From contig JAPSGB010000003.1 in the NCBI GenBank assembly GCA_035063585.1, forward strand, positions 224,001 through 288,000: a stretch of 64,000 bases of DNA, written 5' to 3'. The notes below the pieces were generated by a model. The model was not told where the DNA came from. It saw only the letters and a list, made by a program, of their open reading frames with translations, and did no database searches. The translations under genes were made by a program, and so were the position numbers. The DNA comes from Polyangiaceae bacterium. GTDB lineage: Bacteria > Myxococcota_A > Polyangia > Polyangiales > Polyangiaceae. Each line of letters begins with the position of its first letter. Position 1 is the stretch's first letter. This document shows, piece by piece, positions 52,530-61,155 of the stretch.

Positions 52530-53276
52530 TCAGTCGAGCAGGCTGGGGCCGAGCGCCCAGCGGCAGAACTCGTCGGCGCGCGCGCGCTCGGCGTCGCTCT
52601 GATCCTTCCAGCGCGCGCCGAGGTACTCATGGAAGAGTTGGATGGCGATGCCGCCGACGCCGTGGCCGGGTGGCGCGCCCTGACGTTCGTGCTCCCACTC
52701 GGCCTGCTCGCACGCGCTGGCGCGGAGCTCCGGTGAGCGCGCCGGGCCGAGCCCGACGCGCTGGTAGGCGAGCGCGCCCGAGATCTGCTGCGGCACGCCG
52801 ATGACGCGCTCCGGTTCGCGCACCGCGTCCATGGTGAGGAGCGCGGCGCCCGCGGCGTAGTTGGCGGCCAGGCCGGCGTAGCGGCACACGACCAGGTCCG
52901 CGTGTTCGTCGAGCAGGGTCGGGGCGCCGCGCGCGAGCTGCTTCGTCGCGGACGCCACTGCCTCCACGGTCTTTCTCTCCACGGCGACCACCGAGTTGAA
53001 GGCGTCGTTGCGGAGCCGCGCGAGCCGCTCCGGATCGTTGCCGCGCTCGGCCCAGCCCTCGGTCAGGTCGAGCCCCTCGAGCAGGAGCGCGTTCGAGCCG
53101 GGCGGGCTGCAGGCGCGGACCGCGAAACGCGCGAGCGTCACCGCAATCATGAGGAGGCCGCGGTGCGTGGCGTCGCCCGGCCGAGCGAGCTTGCCCGCGC
53201 GCTCGAACGCTGGGAGCGCCGCGCCAGTGAACTGGTCCGCGGCGCGAACTACGCGGAGGCCTGGAGATCGGGTCAT
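52530..53276 (-). CDS. Hypothetical helical protein
   Basis: Plausible composition and gene packing; no recognised motif. Confidence 0.6.
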   Translation of the reverse strand: MTRSPGLRVVRAADQFTGAALPAFERAGKLARPGDATHRGLLMIAVTLARFAVRACSPPGSNALLLEGLDLTEGWAERGNDPERLARLRNDAFNSVVAVERKTVEAVASATKQLARGAPTLLDEHADLVVCRYAGLAANYAAGAALLTMDAVREPERVIGVPQQISGALAYQRVGLGPARSPELRASACEQAEWEHERQGAPPGHGVGGIAIQLFHEYLGARWKDQSDAERARADEFCRWALGPSLLD

Positions 53277-53299
53277 CGGCGCGGTAGACTAGCGAAAGC

Positions 53300-54250
53300 A
53301 TGATGCGCCGTCCTGCACGACGTGGTCCGTGGGCGATGATCGCGCTCTTCACGGTCGCCTGCTCGCTCGATCAGCAAGGGACGGGCAATGGCCTGCTCCT
53401 CGACGGCGGCGTGGCGGCGAGCGGCGGAGCGGACGCCAGCGGCGCGAGCGGAGCCGCGGGAGCGCCCGGGACGGGCGGCAATGGCCAGTGGCCCGACGCG
53501 GCGGCCGGCGCTGGCGGCGCGACGGGCGGCGCGGGCGGCGCGGGCGGCGCGGGCGGCGCGACGGGCGGCGCGGGCGGCGCGACGGGCGGCGCGGGCGGCG
53601 CGACGGGCGGCACGGGCGGCACCGGCGGCGCGACGGGCGGCACCGGCGGCACCGGCGGCGCAGCGGCGCTCATCCAGGGCGTCGAGGTGTCGCTCGAGCT
53701 CGACCACGACGCCTGCGGCGAGCTCGTCATCAAGCTCACTGGCCCGGACGCCACCACCCTCACGCTGGCGAGCCGGCCCGGCTACGCCGAGTCCAAGGAC
53801 GACGGCGCCGGAAACGACCGCGGCGCGGGCGCCGGGCTCGAGCGCGACTCACCCATCACCTTCAACGACTCGGCGACGACGAGCGCGGAGGACATGGGTG
53901 TCGGGCTGGATTGGGACGAGAGCGTCTGTAAGGATCCCCCGGAGGGGCAAGGCGCGGGGCTCTGCGAGTTTCATCCCGCGCGCGGGGCCGCCGCCGGGGC
54001 TGACACGTTCGCGCAGGCGTTCGCAGGGAAGCCACCCGCCGGCGTCTGGAGCCTCTGCGTGGGGGATAGCTACCGCGGGCAGTATAACGGCCAGGGGAAC
54101 CTTCGCGGATGGACGCTTCGCGTCCGCACCTCCCCGGGCGAAGCGCTCGTGAAGTCTCTGGGCGTGCCCGCGAGCGAGCAGCAAATCCCCGACGCTGCAT
54201 ATAAGGGCACGACCGCCAGCATGCGCTGCAGCAGTATCACCTTGCCCTGA
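53300..54250 (+). CDS. Lipoprotein with a Gly-rich linker and proprotein-convertase P-like domain
   Basis: Lipobox TVAC; VEVSLELDH..GELVIKLTGPD..F.G....GVWSL.V.D..G.L..W.L. Confidence 0.72.
   Translation: MMRRPARRGPWAMIALFTVACSLDQQGTGNGLLLDGGVAASGGADASGASGAAGAPGTGGNGQWPDAAAGAGGATGGAGGAGGAGGATGGAGGATGGAGGATGGTGGTGGATGGTGGTGGAAALIQGVEVSLELDHDACGELVIKLTGPDATTLTLASRPGYAESKDDGAGNDRGAGAGLERDSPITFNDSATTSAEDMGVGLDWDESVCKDPPEGQGAGLCEFHPARGAAAGADTFAQAFAGKPPAGVWSLCVGDSYRGQYNGQGNLRGWTLRVRTSPGEALVKSLGVPASEQQIPDAAYKGTTASMRCSSITLP
53513..53662 (+). repeat. Coding tandem repeat (GGC GGC GCG/ACG units encoding GGA/GGAT/GGT)
   Basis: Read directly from the sequence. Confidence 0.9.
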
Positions 54251-54254
54251 GCGC

Positions 54255-55466
54255 TCACTCCACGCTGCGAAGATCGCGCGTGTTGTAGCCCATCAGAAAG
54301 AGCAGCAGATCGAGCCGCTCGTGGTGGTTCAGGCTCATGTCCGCCACCTCTTGCAGCTTCGGCTTGGCGTGGAAAGCGATGCCGAGCCCCGCGGTCTGCA
54401 GCATCTTCATGTCGTTCGCGCCGTCGCCGATCGCGACCGTCTGCTCGAGCCGGACGCCGTAGACCTTGGCCATGTCCTTCAAGATCTGGTTCTTGCGCTC
54501 GCCGTCGACGATGCTGCCCTGAACCCGCCCGGTCACGATGCCGTCCTTCACCTCGAGCTCGTTCGAGAAGGCGAAATCGAGACCGAACCGCGATTTCAGC
54601 ACCTCGACGAAGAAATCGAATCCGCCGCTCACGAGCCCGACGCGGTAACCGAGGCTCTTCAGCGTCTTCACCAGGCGATCCGCGCCCGGGGTGAGCTCGA
54701 ACCGGCTCGACAGCTCTTGCGCGCGAGAGAGCGGCAGCCCCGCGAGCAGCTTCACGCGCTCGGTGAGCGCCTCCTTGAACTCGAGCTCGCCGCGCATGGC
54801 CCGCGCCGTGATGCTCGCGACCTCGTCCTTCACGCCCACCAGCGCCGCCAGCTCATCGATGAGCTCGCCCTTCACGAAGGTCGAGTCGACGTCCATGCAC
54901 ACGAGCCGCTTGTTGCGCCGGAAGATGTCGTCCTTCTGCACGGCGAGATCCACGCCGAGCTCGCCGCCGAGGGTGAGCACCTCGCCGCGGAGCGCGGTGA
55001 CCGCGGCGTCATCGAACGGCTGATCCGCAGCCACGCCGGCGATGAGCTCGAGCCCGCTCAGGTTGTCCTCGCTGAGCGAACGGATCTCGAGCAAGTTCAT
55101 GCTGTGTGAGGCGAGAAACTGCGTGATGCGCGCGATCGCGGTGCCGTCGCCGAGCTGCCCGAGCACGGTGACGCAGATCGCCGGCACGTCGCGGCGACGC
55201 GCGGAGCCCGCCGGATGGAACGCCGACACCTCGAGGCGCAGGCCCTGTTCGGCCACGTCGAACAGGATCCGGCGGAGCGCGTTCGAGCCCGACGGGATGT
55301 CGACGATCGCGCTCAAGACGAGATAGCCGTGCAGCGTGGACTGACCAATGTTGATGAGCCGCGCGCGCTCGCTCGCGATGGTCTCGGCCAGCCGCGCAGT
55401 GACGCCGGGGCGATCCGCGCCGGCGATGTGGAGGACGATGCGCTCGGGATAGTCTGTCGGGCTCAT
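54255..55466 (-). CDS. serB: Phosphoserine phosphatase with ACT domains
   Basis: GADRPGV (ACT), MDVDST, ELIDELA, VSGGF, GDGAND, AKP. Start 55466 or 55484. Confidence 0.96.
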   Translation of the reverse strand: MSPTDYPERIVLHIAGADRPGVTARLAETIASERARLINIGQSTLHGYLVLSAIVDIPSGSNALRRILFDVAEQGLRLEVSAFHPAGSARRRDVPAICVTVLGQLGDGTAIARITQFLASHSMNLLEIRSLSEDNLSGLELIAGVAADQPFDDAAVTALRGEVLTLGGELGVDLAVQKDDIFRRNKRLVCMDVDSTFVKGELIDELAALVGVKDEVASITARAMRGELEFKEALTERVKLLAGLPLSRAQELSSRFELTPGADRLVKTLKSLGYRVGLVSGGFDFFVEVLKSRFGLDFAFSNELEVKDGIVTGRVQGSIVDGERKNQILKDMAKVYGVRLEQTVAIGDGANDMKMLQTAGLGIAFHAKPKLQEVADMSLNHHERLDLLLFLMGYNTRDLRSVE

Positions 55467-55582
55467 GGAGGCCGGCGCGGGCATACGAGATGCGCCCCGA
55501 GCGCGCAAGCCGCGCGCGCCTGCAGGCTCGGGGATGGGGTGCCGGAGCGGCGCGGAACCCGCGGGGCGCGAGCCCGCGAGGC

Positions 55583-55975
55583 TCAGCTCTGCGGATGTCC
55601 CGGCGCCGGGATGGTGATGAGGAGCGCCGTCTCTTCGCGCGCCTCCACGTCGTGCTCGGCCCCGGGCGCGAGGATCTGCAGATCGCCGGCGACGAGCTCC
55701 GAGGACGCGGCTCCGAGCCGCAGCGTGGCTCGCCCGCTCACCGCTTGGATGGAGACCGGCTGCGCGACGCGGTGCTCGTGCAGGACCGCGTCCGCTCGGA
55801 GGAGGACCAGCACGACGGTGAGCTCGCGCCGCTTCACGAGCGTCCGCGCGGCCTGCCCGGTGCTCTCGAAGAGCGAGGTCGCGCGGAGCTCCTCGGTGAG
55901 CCTCGAGAGAGAGAAGCGCCCGTCGGGGGTCGGGACGAAATGAGGGATCGCGGGTTCGGTGACGTCGGGTTGCAT
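55583..55975 (-). CDS. Cupin domain protein
   Basis: ARTLVK..LHEH..PVSIQAVSG..GD..H.VEA..LLITI; RBS AGGAGG. Confidence 0.85.
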   Translation of the reverse strand: MQPDVTEPAIPHFVPTPDGRFSLSRLTEELRATSLFESTGQAARTLVKRRELTVVLVLLRADAVLHEHRVAQPVSIQAVSGRATLRLGAASSELVAGDLQILAPGAEHDVEAREETALLITIPAPGHPQS

Positions 55976-55994
55976 GTGAACCTCCTGACTGACG

Positions 55995-56005
55995 AGATGC
56001 ATCTT
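55995..56005. promoter_or_regulatory. NsrR/Rrf2-like half-site between the divergent cupin and DUF488 genes
   Basis: AGATGCATCTT, one mismatch to the enterobacterial NsrR half-site AAATGCATCTT; second half not evident. Confidence 0.35.
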
Positions 56006-56108
56006 CTGGGCCAACCAAGGGCGGCGTCGAGCTCGGCGGTCGGCGCGAGCGTGCCGAAGAATCCGTCGGGCGCTCGCCTCGCTGGTGGCAGACTCCGACC
56101 GGTCGACG

Positions 56109-56648
56109 ATGAAATCCGCTGCGCCTCCCGAGCTCTGGACCATCGGGCACTCGACGCGGAGCCTCGACGAGCTGGTCGAGCTGCTCCGCGCGCACCGCGT
56201 CGAGCTCGTGGCGGATGTCCGCACCGTGCCGCGGTCGCGGACCAATCCGCAGTTCAACCTCGACGTCTTGCCGGACTCACTCGCGCTCGCGCGCATCGGC
56301 TACCAGCACCTCGCGGCGCTCGGCGGGCTCCGGCACGCGCGCAAGGACTCGAAGAGCCTCGGCTGGGAGAACGCGAGCTTCCGCGGTTTCGCCGACTACA
56401 TGCAGACCCCGGAGTTTCACGACGGGCTCGCCGAGCTCGAGGCGCTCGCGGCGAAGCGGCGCGTCGCGATCATGTGCGCCGAGGCGGTGCCGTGGCGCTG
56501 CCACCGCCGCATGATCGCCGACGCGTGGGTCGCGCGCGGCGGCGTGGTCCACCACATCATGAGCGTCGCGCGCGCCGACCTGCACACGCTCACGCCCTTC
56601 GCGCGCGTCCGCGGTGGGCACGTCACTTACCCGGCGAGCCACGATTGA
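56109..56648 (+). CDS. DUF488 family protein
   Basis: WTIGHSTR, DVRTVPRSR, LGG, YM, MCAE...CHR. Confidence 0.92.
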   Translation: MKSAAPPELWTIGHSTRSLDELVELLRAHRVELVADVRTVPRSRTNPQFNLDVLPDSLALARIGYQHLAALGGLRHARKDSKSLGWENASFRGFADYMQTPEFHDGLAELEALAAKRRVAIMCAEAVPWRCHRRMIADAWVARGGVVHHIMSVARADLHTLTPFARVRGGHVTYPASHD

Positions 56649-57745
56649 GCGAGCGGGCTCGGCCGCAGCTCGCGATGTTCGCGCTCGCCGCGGGGGCCGG
56701 CGCGCTCGCGGTCCCCGTCTGGGTGGCGCTCCGCGCCGGCGGCGGCCCGTCCGCGCCCGCCGACTGGCACGGCTACGAGATGCTCTTCGGGTACGCCCTC
56801 GCGGTGGTGGCGGGCTTCCTCATCGGACCGGTGCCGCGCTGGGCCGTCGTGCTCCTCGCGACGTCCTGGAGCGCCGCGCAGCTCGCCGGCGCGCTCGCGC
56901 CCTTCGGGTGGCTTCACGCCGCGTGCTCGGCGCTCTTCGCGCTGACGGCCGCAGTGCTCGCCGCGCCCAAGCTGTTCCGCGGTCCGTCGAAGCTCGCGAA
57001 CCGGGTGTTCGGCCCGGTCGTCATCCTGCTCTGCGTCGACGCGGCGGTCGCGCCGTTCGCACCGGCCCTGCGCGCGCGCCTCCTGGTCGCCGGGCTCGAC
57101 CTCTTCACCGTGCTGCTCGTCTTCATGGGCGGGCGGATCATCGCCGCGGCCGCCGCTGGTCAGTACTACCGCCGCGGCGAGCGGCTCGACACCCGCGTAC
57201 AGCCGCGCATCGAGGGCGTCGCGCTGGTGCTCTTGCTCCTGCTCGCCTGGAACGACGTCCTCGCCGGCTCCGATGCGCTCGGCAGCGCGCTCGCGCTCGC
57301 CGCCGCCGGCGTGCTCACCGTGCGCTGGCTTCGCTGGCGCCTCTGGACGTGTCGGGGCGCGTGGAACCTGCTCGCGCTCGGGGTCGCGTACCTCTGGCTT
57401 CCGCTCGGGCTCGCCATCCGCGCCTCGTGGACGCTCCCGGTGTGGACGCGCCCCTTCGATGCGCTCCACGGGCTCACCGCTGGCGCGCTCGGCTCGCTCA
57501 CCCTGCTGGTGATGGGGCGGACACGCCTCATGGCGAGCGGGCGCGACCCGGAGCGCTCGCGCGTGCTCGCGGCCGCGGGGCTCGCGGTGAGCGCCGCGGC
57601 GAGCCTCCGGCTGCTCGCCGGGGTGCGCGCGCTCGGCGGCCGCGCGCCGCTGCTACTCGCGGCGGGCGCCGCGTGGGGGCTCGCGTTTCTCGCGCTCGGG
57701 GGGCTCCTCGCGCGGCTCCCGCGCGGCCCCGCCCGCAACCGATGA
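56645..57745 (+). CDS. nnrS: NnrS family membrane protein (NO stress)
   Basis: WHGYEMLFGY..AGFL, MGGRII, RWRLW, LHGLTAG...VMGR..GR; TTGA overlap with DUF488 (alternative ATG 56675). Confidence 0.88.
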   Translation: MSERARPQLAMFALAAGAGALAVPVWVALRAGGGPSAPADWHGYEMLFGYALAVVAGFLIGPVPRWAVVLLATSWSAAQLAGALAPFGWLHAACSALFALTAAVLAAPKLFRGPSKLANRVFGPVVILLCVDAAVAPFAPALRARLLVAGLDLFTVLLVFMGGRIIAAAAAGQYYRRGERLDTRVQPRIEGVALVLLLLLAWNDVLAGSDALGSALALAAAGVLTVRWLRWRLWTCRGAWNLLALGVAYLWLPLGLAIRASWTLPVWTRPFDALHGLTAGALGSLTLLVMGRTRLMASGRDPERSRVLAAAGLAVSAAASLRLLAGVRALGGRAPLLLAAGAAWGLAFLALGGLLARLPRGPARNR

Positions 57746-57755
57746 CCAAAATCAT
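57742..57755. promoter_or_regulatory. CRP/FNR-family-like operator
   Basis: ATGAC-CAAA-ATCAT (TGA-N6-TCA); a near copy lies at 60364. Confidence 0.5.
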
Positions 57756-57777
57756 GGCGTCGCCGGCGGCCCTTCTT

Positions 57778-57796
57778 GATAATGAATTTCACATTC
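57778..57796. promoter_or_regulatory. Fur-box-like operator
   Basis: GATAATGAATTTCACATTC, 13/19 match to GATAATGATAATCATTATC, just before RBS AAGGAGG. Confidence 0.55.
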
Positions 57797-57810
57797 AGTA
57801 AGGAGGTCGC

Positions 57811-58638
57811 ATGACCGCACCCGACATCGATCTGGCCCACGAGACGCCCGCTCACCACCTGTCGGTCGACAAGATGCCGGCGCACTGGCTCATGGCGCGC
57901 CTCGGCAAGCGCGTGCTCCGCCCGGGCGGCCTCGAGACCACGCGCTGGCTCATCGAGCACGCGCGCATCACCTCGGACGACGCGCTGGTCGAGCTCGCGC
58001 CGGGGATGGGGCTCACCGCCGAGCGACTGCTCGAGCAGCATCCCGCCAGCTACGTCGCGGTCGAGCGCGATCTGGACGCCGCCGCGCTCGTGCGCCGCGT
58101 GCTCGCGAGCTCAGGACACCCGAACGCGCGGCTCGTGCAAGGTGACGCGGCAGCGATGCCGCTCGAGGACGCCTCGGCGTCGCTCATCTTCGGCGAGGCG
58201 ATGTTGAGCATGCAGACCCTCCCGAAGAAGAAGCGCATCCTCGCCGAGGCGCGCCGCGTGCTCCGCGCCGGCGGTCGTTACGCGATCCACGAGCTCGCGG
58301 TGGTCCCGGAGGACATCGACGAGGCGCGGCTCGCGGCCATAGCGCGGGATCTCTCGGACTCCATCCACGTCGGTGTCCGCATCGGCACGCTCGCCGAGTG
58401 GCGCAGCTGGTTCGAGGAGGCAGGCTTCACGGTCGAGTCGACCTACCGCGCGCCCATGCGGCTCCTCGAGCTCGACCGGCTGGTCGCCGACGAGGGCGTG
58501 CTCGGCACCGCGCGCTTCATCGTGAACGCGGTGCGGACCCCGGGAGCGGTCAAGCGGCTGCGGAGCGTCCGCGCCTCGTTCCGCAAGCACATGGCGCATC
58601 TCGGCGCCATCGCGCTGGTCGCGCGCGCTCAGGCGTAA
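57811..58638 (+). CDS. Class I SAM-dependent methyltransferase
   Basis: HWLMARLGKRVLRPGG, VELAPGMG, GDA..MPL, EAMLSM, RVLRAGG. Confidence 0.9.
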   Translation: MTAPDIDLAHETPAHHLSVDKMPAHWLMARLGKRVLRPGGLETTRWLIEHARITSDDALVELAPGMGLTAERLLEQHPASYVAVERDLDAAALVRRVLASSGHPNARLVQGDAAAMPLEDASASLIFGEAMLSMQTLPKKKRILAEARRVLRAGGRYAIHELAVVPEDIDEARLAAIARDLSDSIHVGVRIGTLAEWRSWFEEAGFTVESTYRAPMRLLELDRLVADEGVLGTARFIVNAVRTPGAVKRLRSVRASFRKHMAHLGAIALVARAQA

Positions 58639-59291
58639 CGCGGCCGGAGCACGTGGTTCTCCGCGTGCACGTGCCGGAGCGTGTCCGTCTCGAGCCGCTC
58701 GAGCTCGGCGAACAGGGCGTTATAGCTGCGGCATCCCCACTCGGGGACGCTGAAGTCCTCCGCCTCGGCGCGGATCTTCTGGAGCAGCACCCCGACCGCC
58801 TCGTGCTCCTCGAACATGCTCGAGAGCTCCGCCGCGAGCTCGGGGCTCGCAGCCTTCGCCGCGATGAGCGACGGGAAGAGCTTCGCCTCCTCCTCGTCGA
58901 GGTGCGGCGTGAGGGACTCGCAGAGCTCCTCGACCAGCCCCTCGAGCTCGAGGAGACGCGGATTGTGCCCTCCGTGCACGCGGGCCACCTTCTTCGACAT
59001 GCTGCTCACGAAGGGCAGCGCCTCCCGCAGGTAGCCGTGGTGCCGCGAGACGATGTACTCGATGAGGGCCTGGGTGGACAGCGAGCGGAGCTCGACGTCG
59101 ACGTGATCCTGCGAGATGGCGCCCTCGAGCTCCGCGAGGACCGCGCTCGTATCGAGCGCCTGCTCTTCGCAGAGCTCCGCGAGCGGGCGGTCGCCGTGGC
59201 AGCAGAAGTCGATGCGGTGCTTCTGCAGCACGCGCGCGCACTCCGGGTGATCGATGACGAGCTCGGACGCGATGGTCTCACGATTCAACAT
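58629..59291 (-). CDS. ric: Iron-sulfur cluster repair di-iron protein (Ric/YtfE/ScdA)
   Basis: ScdA_N IDFCCHG; hemerythrin-like HHGYLR, KVARVHG, HLDEEE, EH, HVHAEN. Confidence 0.95.
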   Translation of the reverse strand: MLNRETIASELVIDHPECARVLQKHRIDFCCHGDRPLAELCEEQALDTSAVLAELEGAISQDHVDVELRSLSTQALIEYIVSRHHGYLREALPFVSSMSKKVARVHGGHNPRLLELEGLVEELCESLTPHLDEEEAKLFPSLIAAKAASPELAAELSSMFEEHEAVGVLLQKIRAEAEDFSVPEWGCRSYNALFAELERLETDTLRHVHAENHVLRPRYA

Positions 59292-60321
59292 GGCCGCTCT
59301 CCCCAGCATCAACCGTGCCAGGCACGAGCTCGCGCAGCTTGCGCCACAGCGTGGTGCGGCCGATCCCGAGGCGCCGCGCCGCCTCCGCCTGATTTCCCCG
59401 GCATGCGCCTAGCACCTTGAGCAGGTGGCGGCGTTCGACGGCGGCCAGCGTCTCGAGCTCGCCGTCCGGGCTCGGGGCGCGCTCCGGACTCCGGAGCTCA
59501 TCCGGCAGGTGTTCGAGGGCGAGGTCGGCGCCCTGCGAGAGGACCACGCCGTGATGCACGGCGTTGGCGAGCTCGCGCACGTTCCCCGGCCACGAGTAGC
59601 CGAGGAGCGCGCTCTCCGCGGCGGGCGTGAAGCGATGCGGCCGCTCGTCGACGCGCTCGGCGAGCACCGTCGCGAGCGGCAAGATGTCCGCGCGCCGGTG
59701 CCGGAGCGGCGGCACCGTGAAGCGAAACACGCGCAGCCGATAGTAGAGATCGGAGCGGAACCGCCCGTCTCGGACCTCCTGTGCGAGATCGGCGTTGGTC
59801 GCGCAGAGCACCCGCGCATCCACCGAGAAGGCGCGCGTCTCGCCGACCTTCCGCACCTCGCCGTCTTGCAGCGCGCGCAGGAGCTTCACCTGCAGCACGT
59901 GCGGCATCTCGCCGATCTCGTCGAGGAAGAGGGTGCCCCCGCTCGCCTCCTCGAAGAGCCCGCGCTTGGCCGCACTGGCGCCGGTGAAGGCGCCCTTCGC
60001 GTGCCCGAAGAGCTCGCTCTCGAGGAGCTCGCTCGGCAGCGCGGCCACGTTCACCGCGATGAACGGCCGCTCCGCGCGCGGGCTGTTTGCGTGTAGCGTG
60101 CGCGCGAGCACCTCCTTGCCGGTCCCGCTCTCCCCCTCGATGATGACCGGCGCGTCGCTCGGCGCGACCAGCGCCACCCGGGCCAGCACCTCGCGCATCG
60201 CCGGGCTCCGCGCGACCAGCCGGCTGCACGAGCGGAGCCCCTCGAGCTCGACCCGGAGCCCGCACGACGCGCAGTGGCGCCCCACCTCGAACGGCTCGCG
60301 GCACGCAGCGATGTGTTTCAT
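59278..60321 (-). CDS. Minimal sigma-54 enhancer-binding protein with a short Cys-rich N-terminus
   Basis: [69 protein letters not shown]. Confidence 0.95.
   Translation of the reverse strand: MKHIAACREPFEVGRHCASCGLRVELEGLRSCSRLVARSPAMREVLARVALVAPSDAPVIIEGESGTGKEVLARTLHANSPRAERPFIAVNVAALPSELLESELFGHAKGAFTGASAAKRGLFEEASGGTLFLDEIGEMPHVLQVKLLRALQDGEVRKVGETRAFSVDARVLCATNADLAQEVRDGRFRSDLYYRLRVFRFTVPPLRHRRADILPLATVLAERVDERPHRFTPAAESALLGYSWPGNVRELANAVHHGVVLSQGADLALEHLPDELRSPERAPSPDGELETLAAVERRHLLKVLGACRGNQAEAARRLGIGRTTLWRKLRELVPGTVDAGESGHVES
59305..59320 (-). promoter_or_regulatory. Sigma-54 (-24/-12) promoter upstream of ric
   Basis: TGGCACGGTTGATGCT with exact GG-N10-GC spacing. Confidence 0.65.
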
Positions 60322-60339
60322 ATGTTTCAGTTCGAATCA
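60314..60339. promoter_or_regulatory. Candidate EBP binding site overlapping the activator start
   Basis: TGTTTCA x2 and near-palindrome TGTTTC-N5-GAATCA. Confidence 0.45.
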
Positions 60340-60363
60340 TGCCCCGCGGCTACCCCTTCGTCG

Positions 60364-60377
60364 ATGACCGAAGTCAC
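60364..60377. promoter_or_regulatory. CRP/FNR-family-like operator, second copy
   Basis: ATGAC-CGAA-GTCAC. Confidence 0.5.
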
Positions 60378-60416
60378 CCTCCCTCCCACGGGAGCCTGTC
60401 ATGTGGGGAGAGGGTG
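60375..60416. repeat. REP-like imperfect hairpin
   Basis: CACCCTCCCTCCCAC-N13-GTGGGGAGAGGGTG. Confidence 0.5.
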
Positions 60417-60528
60417 CCGCTCCGGCGCGGAAGCTCCCGAGCGTCGCGCACGCGCTCCACGGAGCGCCGGTTCATCCCGTCGCTGCGGCTCGCGCCGGCG
60501 GGGCCGCGCCCGAGAGAGGAACCACGAA

Positions 60529-60993
60529 ATGCCCGACCCCTCGCCGACTCGCCGCTCGCCGCTCACGCGCCGAGGCTCCCTCTTCTCGGCCGCCGCGCTC
60601 CTCGTGGTCGTGCTCTTGGGCTGCGCCCGGAGCGAGGTCGAGGCGGGTAGCGAGAAGCGCTTCACGCTGAAGGCGTTCATGAAAGGGTATGAGGGCGTGG
60701 GCGGGGACATCGACGGCGAGCGGAACCCGACCCTGAAGCTCACCGCGGGCGACCAGGTCGTCGTCACGCTCATCGGCGGCGAGCGCATGGCGCACGACAT
60801 CGCGCTCGAGAAGGCCCGCGCGCAGAGCCTCGCGGTCACCGAGCGCGGTCAGAAGACGGTCTTCAAGTTCACCGCGAAGGAGCACGACACGTACTTCTGC
60901 ACGTTCCCCGGCCACCGCGCGGCGGGGATGGTCGGGCGGGTCGAGGTCGCCCCCGCGCCGGCGGGCTCCGCCGCGCCGAGCGTGAAGCCGTAG
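60529..60993 (+). CDS. Cupredoxin (type-1 copper) lipoprotein
   Basis: Lipobox LLGC; H (MAHD) and YFCTFPGHRAAGM ligand loop; RBS GAGGA. Confidence 0.85.
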   Translation: MPDPSPTRRSPLTRRGSLFSAAALLVVVLLGCARSEVEAGSEKRFTLKAFMKGYEGVGGDIDGERNPTLKLTAGDQVVVTLIGGERMAHDIALEKARAQSLAVTERGQKTVFKFTAKEHDTYFCTFPGHRAAGMVGRVEVAPAPAGSAAPSVKP

Positions 60994-61155
60994 CGCGGCG
61001 ACGCGCGCGAGCCCATGAAGCGACCGCGCGGTTCGGGCCGCGCGGTTCCGCGCCGGGCCAACATCCCCTGGAACCCGGCTCGCGGATTTGTCATCCTCGG
61101 CCGGCGCTCGGGCCGAGATACCGGCCGGGTGAACCCGTGGTCAGGAAGAGAGACG

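Noticed and set aside
53513..53662. Tandem repeats as a possible CRISPR or mobile-element signal
   Set aside because: No unique spacers and no cas genes; an in-frame Gly-rich linker typical of myxobacterial lipoproteins
54255..56195. Apparent 646-aa SerB with a long N-terminal extension
   Set aside because: The extension is an off-frame read through the cupin gene; SerB homology starts near 55466
55490..57745. Apparent 751-aa NnrS fusion
   Set aside because: The N-terminal half is shadow sequence over the cupin and DUF488 genes; NnrS starts at about 56645-56675
61070..61095. ECF-like GGAAC..GTCATC upstream of the acylase
   Set aside because: The 15-nt spacer is short and the -10 element is poor; insufficient support
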